A DNA stretch of 64,000 nt from Diadema antillarum (taxonomy: Eukaryota), in assembly GCF_040938485.1 (NCBI RefSeq), contig NW_027271670.1, positions 124,001-188,000 of the forward strand. The letters run 5' to 3'. Below, piece after piece: positions 58,426 to 64,000 of the stretch (its first letter is position 1; each line of letters begins with the position of its first letter). The notes under the pieces are model-generated. The model did not search any database and was not told where the DNA came from. It worked only from the letters and a program-made list of their open reading frames with translations. The position numbers were made by a program, and so were the translations under genes.

Positions 58426-59321
58426 ACTTTATACCAACTGTGTCATTCAGGAGGACAAACGAGTTACATGTTTAACACAATTAGACAAGAATAATGTCAT
58501 GCTGTGTTTACACTAAATGTCCATTTTATCTACATTCGCTTTCTATATATTCAAATCGTTTTACACTAAATGGCTTGAAGGTTCTCAGTGCATATATGAA
58601 TAGTTAATAGTTGTAATAGATTTAGATGTCTGATTTTGGTAAACTGTGGAAATGATTTATTTGCGGTAAGATAACTTTCGATCCATGACATTCGTCGCTG
58701 TGTGGTTATACAGGGCTTTCCAAGAAACTCTTTTGGCGCTGCTCCAGTCAAATTATTGACAAGGGGCGGTTCAACTCATATTGAACGAACAAACTAAAAA
58801 AGAACAGCAAAAACCAGTTAATTTACCCCCCCCCCAAAAAAAAGAAAAAAAGAAAAAAAAAGGAGAACAAATGAACTGGCGAAAACGTCATGTAACATTT
58901 TTCATCCAAACGTTATTCCTAAGCAGTAGGTTTATAGGTAGTTTGGGATTAACTACCATGCTTGCACGGTAACACGTGGCTTTTGCTGGTACATACTTTT
59001 AATAGAGTGCTGTGATATCAAGTAGCAATAATATATGCGTTGACTCTTTCCTCTCAAAATGAGAGAAAAACAATCAGAATTTTTTTAAACGTCCCCCAGT
59101 ATTTTCTAGACACACAACCTTTTACATTACTGTCCAAACATGATGCATCCATACGACTCTAAACAATGAGTTTGATTTCAAATGTAGTTTATCTTTGATA
59201 CATCTTTTTTTTTTGAGAAATCTAACTCCACATAATTATCATCATTTACAAAAAGCTATCACATGTTTGATTGAATTGCATTGTATTGCAGTATATTTTG
59301 ATATAATATAGTATAATGTAA

Positions 59322-59582
59322 NNNNNNNNNNNNNNNNNNNNNNNNNNNNNNNNNNNNNNNNNNNNNNNNNNNNNNNNNNNNNNNNNNNNNNNNNNNNNNN
59401 NNNNNNNNNNNNNNNNNNNNNNNNNNNNNNNNNNNNNNNNNNNNNNNNNNGTNNNNNNNNNNNNNNNNNNNNNNNNNNNNNNNNNNNNNNNNNNNNNNNN
59501 NNNNNNNNNNNNNNNNNNNNNNNNNNNNNNNNNNNNNNNNNNNNNNNNNNNNNNNNNNNNNNNNNNNNNNNNNNNNNNNNNN
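59322..59582. other. Undetermined bases (N run with an isolated GT at 59451-59452)
   Basis: Flanked by (TATAG/TACTA)-like low complexity; likely an unresolved or masked simple repeat. Confidence 0.9.
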
Positions 59583-60031
59583 TACTATACTGAAGGGATT
59601 TCTTCGTGGCCCATATAATGATATACGCAATGACAACATGCGTCCTCTCAGAAACGTTCATCTCCGTATGACAAAGTAGTCAAGTGCTACTGACCGCACA
59701 ACCACAAAACCCACCACTCATGATCCGGTACGTGCAGCCTTATGTTTATCTCTCTTCGACATGCACCACATGGGAAAATGAAAGAACGCAACAAAATAGC
59801 GGTGAAATAGCCTGAAATGCCATCGGTTTTTCTTGATGCCCTTCATTAATCATACGATTGTCAGTGCCTAGTGCAGTATGACCCTAAACGCTAGCTGGAA
59901 ATGGCCGAAAAAAAAGTGAACGAATAAAGTAGGGCTACGAGGAAGTGTTGAAGGATATTCCGAGGCAGACTGAAAAATCGCTGCCATAGATTCCAACTTT
60001 TCATATATCGACATACAATTGAAGACGTGAC

Positions 60032-60484
60032 TATAAGAACGACCCAAGTCCAATTTTTGGCCAAATTCAGTTTAACATGGGAAATTGTTGCTTATGCATG
60101 GACTCATCTTGTGTATAAATGATACATCCTAATTACCCCCGAAAGTGCCTGAAATTAATGAGCTAAATCTTTTATGAATGTAAGAATGAAGGACTTGGGT
60201 CATTCTTACATTCATATTATAGCGCCCTCGCTCATTTTTCTCTCATCTCTATAGCAGAATATCATGTATATGAATCAAAGAACGACCCAAGTCTATCACA
60301 CAAAATGTCCTCTCCACGATTAATGTGAATGTTAATTGTCATAATAACATATGTTCTTATTTGTATATACAATGCTGCCTTCCCATCACAGTTGAATAGA
60401 ATATTATTGGACAAATAAAAAAGATATGAAGTTTTTTTTTAGTTTACTCGAAATGGTCTTCCATGGACTCGGGTCGTTCTTATA
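60032..60484. mobile_element. Unclassified TIR element with four alternating copies of an 18-20 bp motif
   Basis: TATAAGAACGACCCAAGTCCA at 60032 (+), 60191 (-), 60278 (+) and 60464 (-). Confidence 0.55.
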
Positions 60485-63400
60485 TTCAGATACTCAATGT
60501 GTAATCACGCATTCTAGTCTTTATTAGCGTTGTGAGACAAGTGTGGTAATGCTCCTGGATACGGTCTCTTCTCAAGTCATCTGTTTTCCCCGGTTCGGCA
60601 ATAAATTATTTCTCGCGCAAGCGAACTTCCGTAGATGGCGCTATTGACATCCGTTAAGACCGGTTTTGCTCTGTACATCTCGGTGCACGCGTACTTGACA
60701 TCATTTCTACAGCGATCGCCTCCGCCTTTCCCCACGCAAAGAATCAGTCATTTCGTGAAAGCGACTTTATAGTCACAGATTTCATGCCTATATGGTAAAA
60801 GATCGAGGCCTTGCTGTTATTGCGCAAAACAGAAAGTCTAAATGACAAATAGGAAACTTAACTTGAGTCAGCACTAAAAGGTAATTAGATATAAATGAAG
60901 TAAAATAATTTTGTATAGTCAGTTCATTGTCCCATTTTCACACAGCCACATACTGACACTGGCTATCTTCCACATCAGCAATCAAAAAAATGTTAATACC
61001 AATTAAAGCAACTCTCTCGTCTCTGTCTCTCCTTGTCAGATCTCTATCACCCCTCATCATAAAAGTATCTTCAATTTTCACCTTCCATTTTTTTTCTGTT
61101 CATTTACTTTCTGTATAAACATCCATATACATAAATATCACTGTTGTCATTATCATCATGCCTTTGGAGACATTCCACGTATTTCAACTTCAGGGTTAAC
61201 AAGGGTTGAGGATATATATATATATAGATATGCGCATTATTTTATGTCTTTTCATGACGTGTTCTTCACTCAGCATTGACCACGGTCGTCACTCGTCACA
61301 GCGATCGGGTTTTCCCCCCTCGCGTGCCGACGACTCATCGCCCGTCCGTCGACCATCAACTCGTCTTTTTTACCCGGACCAGAGCGCGCCGAGGGCCGGT
61401 TCAGTTCCCCGACCCCCGAAAATAGATTTCGCGTCCTAAGGGGGCCGGCGGGATGCAGTGATGTGCACAAAAGTGCACATCAGACAGAGATCATGCCAAT
61501 GCGAAGAAATTTCCTGCAGCCAGAAATCTCGATCATGGATCAAATTGATTATCTCATAGCTTTGTCATATTGGTAGCACAGTGCCATGAAAATTTCATAA
61601 CAATTTGGGTCAGTATTCTTTTCGATTCTTTGCCCATTGCTGTCGGAATGTTCAAATGAAGGAAAGAGAAACGGAAGATACGTGATGAGCCTTCTTAAAT
61701 TTGTTTTCAAAGTCTCTTCAAATCCACCCAGGCACTTTGGGACGCTCACCATAAACATTGTCAAGTAATTTAAAATCGAAATTGATCGTGCACCACACAT
61801 AAAATATCAATGTTTTGAGTAAAGTGGTGTTGCTCAACAAACAACATCCATCTTAGTGAACCCTCCATGATCACTGAATGAACGTGGCTAGTCTCTAATT
61901 ACGACATCAGTGCATGTTTATGCACACAATGAAATACAATGAACCATCAATGATAGCAATAACTTGCAGTTATCACCAAGTAATATCAGGTAGCCTCAAA
62001 GTGTTACAGTACGTATACGACAGACACACGTGTGTGCCAACAAAACAATCGTCTATGTTGTCTATACGTCAGAGGAAGATAACTGTATTATACATGGCTC
62101 GCGGGACTCTCTCAGACGACCTCGCCATATATCATTTTGATGTTATCTACCACCAACATGGGACATCCCGTTCGTGTTGGGTCGTGTGTATCGGAAATTT
62201 AAATGAGCACTCAACCGGTATCCGGAATTTCCTGGCCGGTGACATGAGTCCGTCCCAGACGCCATCACTTCGGCGCTTAGGTGACGTAGTAGCGGACTTT
62301 GTCCCATTGAAGGCAGGACCCTTTCATATTATGTACAGAGCTTGACCGATTCGGCTGAAGTCTGAGGTTTACGATGTCTAACGCGCGAGTTCCTGCCGTG
62401 TTGTTTAAGGTTCGACACGATATCATAAAGTAGGCTGAAGCTTGCAACACTTTCGCTTGATGGCATAAGTATTAACCACATCCATGCTTACCAGACGGCG
62501 AACCAAATCACATTCTCATACGGCTTAATAGGGGTGAACACATTTTCCCGAAGTCGTATTAATCTAGGAAACCCGTTTCACTTGTCGTACTATAATTACC
62601 TCGGCATCACAGCATCATGAACTTCCATCCACCTGCGTTAACAGAGACACCATGAGAAACACATCCTTACCTATACGATATGCATAGGATGCATGCAAGC
62701 ACTGTACGAGGATTCGAACCCGGAAACATGTATTCAAGGCTTGATCCACCTATACCACAGATCCTCCAGGAGACAGCCATGTGACTCTCTTTGTCCGTCT
62801 CGTCATGAAAGAACAGAATAGCTAAAATGAAGTACATGCAAAAGAACTGGGCAGCATACCACGTTCTTGCGTACGAAGATGAAGTAACAGAATGCCAAAA
62901 AAGAAGAGGGACTTCAGATCCCACGGCTTTGATAGATCACAGATTCCCTCTCATCGTTCAGACACTTCTCATCAGTGACAGACAAAGTTTACTCGCGGGA
63001 GAGAAGATGATGTCAAGGTCTATCAATGCTGGCTTGAGAAGTTCATTAGGGGCCTACTGCTACAATATTCCTTCAGTATGGCTCTAAAAAGATGCCTCAT
63101 TCGATGGTTCCGATTAAACGGAGGAGGTCGAGAACATTCCCCCTCAAGACTCGACTTCGAGGTCTCATTCTGAGGGGGAAAATGGTCAAGACATTTCCTG
63201 CATGTGAATGAGGTGTGGTTCTTATCAATTAAGTTTGGATCCTCGAACAGAGAACTTCTACTGAAAAGCTTTGTCAAATCAGTGAACGCTGAAAATCGTG
63301 CCAAATGAGTAAAAAGATGAATAGATAAATAAATAGATGGATTGATAGATAGTTGGATTGATTGAGTGATTGGTTGATCGTTAAGCAGAAAGAGTGTGAC

Positions 63401-63621
63401 GAATTATGATGACCCAAAGAGACAGGTTCATCAGACAGTTTATCATTATCTCTTTACATGGCGATATTTTGTAATGCTGTGTGGGACTAACGCAGAGCCG
63501 AAGCACTTTTGCGGCACAACAGGCTGACCACACTGTTTCTAAATCTTGGTACGTTTCCATGTGGGTATAATAGTATCCATACTGCCTCTCTCCTTCCCCT
63601 CCCCCTCTCTCTATCTCTCTC

Positions 63622-63773
63622 NNNNNNNNNNNNNNNNNNNNNNNNNNNNNNNNNNNNNNNNNNNNNNNNNNNNNNNNNNNNNNNNNNNNNNNNNNNNNNN
63701 NNNNNNNNNNNNNNNNNNNNNNNNNNNNNNNNNNNNNNNNNNNNNNNNNNNNNNNNNNNNNNNNNNNNNNNNN
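63622..63773. other. Undetermined bases adjoining a (CT)n tract
   Basis: N run preceded by ctctctctatctctctc. Confidence 0.9.
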
Positions 63774-64000
63774 GGTTCATTTTGCGGGATCCAAATCCGT
63801 TACCTTATGGAGAAAGTTTAATGCCATTCCTTTTATCTTCCACGACATCCAATGCCAAGGATTCGACAAAACACAGGACATACAGTTCGGTTCTCAGTAC
63901 GAGTGCTCCCGTTTTTTGTTTGTTTGTGCGGGTTTTTTTTAACAAAAGAGATAACTTTAACTCACTGTTCGAGATGTTTTGATAAAATGGGTGAATTCAA

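Noticed and set aside
60864-60873. ARE/MARE-like TGAGTCAGCA as an Nrf autoregulatory site
   Set aside because: A single 10-mer about 8 kb from the nearest Nrf start; roughly what chance would give in 64 kb.
62700-62765. tRNA gene (B-box present; similar at 49205 and 58363)
   Set aside because: No acceptor stem or cloverleaf can be formed; better explained as SINE remnants.

Overview
Eukaryotic, AT-rich, intron-containing genomic DNA from an invertebrate animal. The repeat landscape and a vertebrate-like Nrf2 first exon suggest a deuterostome such as an echinoderm, but the species cannot be fixed from sequence alone. Two genes lie tail-to-tail. (1) On + strand is the 3' part of a FYCO1 orthologue: 10 coding exons from 873 to 23064 (about 425 aa in this window), covering the coiled-coil end, FYVE finger, LIR motif and GOLD domain; its 5' end lies left of the window. 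(2) On - strand is a complete CNC-bZIP gene of the Nrf1/Nrf2/Cnc family. Manual splice reconstruction indicates alternative first exons feeding shared downstream exons. An NFE2L1-type ER-anchor exon (44172-43606) gives a 761-aa isoform. An NFE2L2-type 23-codon exon ending LPPSQQ (52638-52570), missed by the ORF track, gives a 595-aa isoform. A candidate internal first exon (41445-41259) would give a short bZIP-only isoform. The FYCO1 introns and the intergenic region are crowded with non-autonomous DNA transposons (TA-flanked MITEs, Harbinger-like and Kolobok-like MITEs, two Helentron/HINE-type elements with internal tandem arrays, nested hairpin-led elements), LINE/SINE remnants and simple repeats. 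There are no prokaryotic features, CRISPR arrays, rRNA or intact tRNA. All splice models are read by eye and need RNA confirmation.
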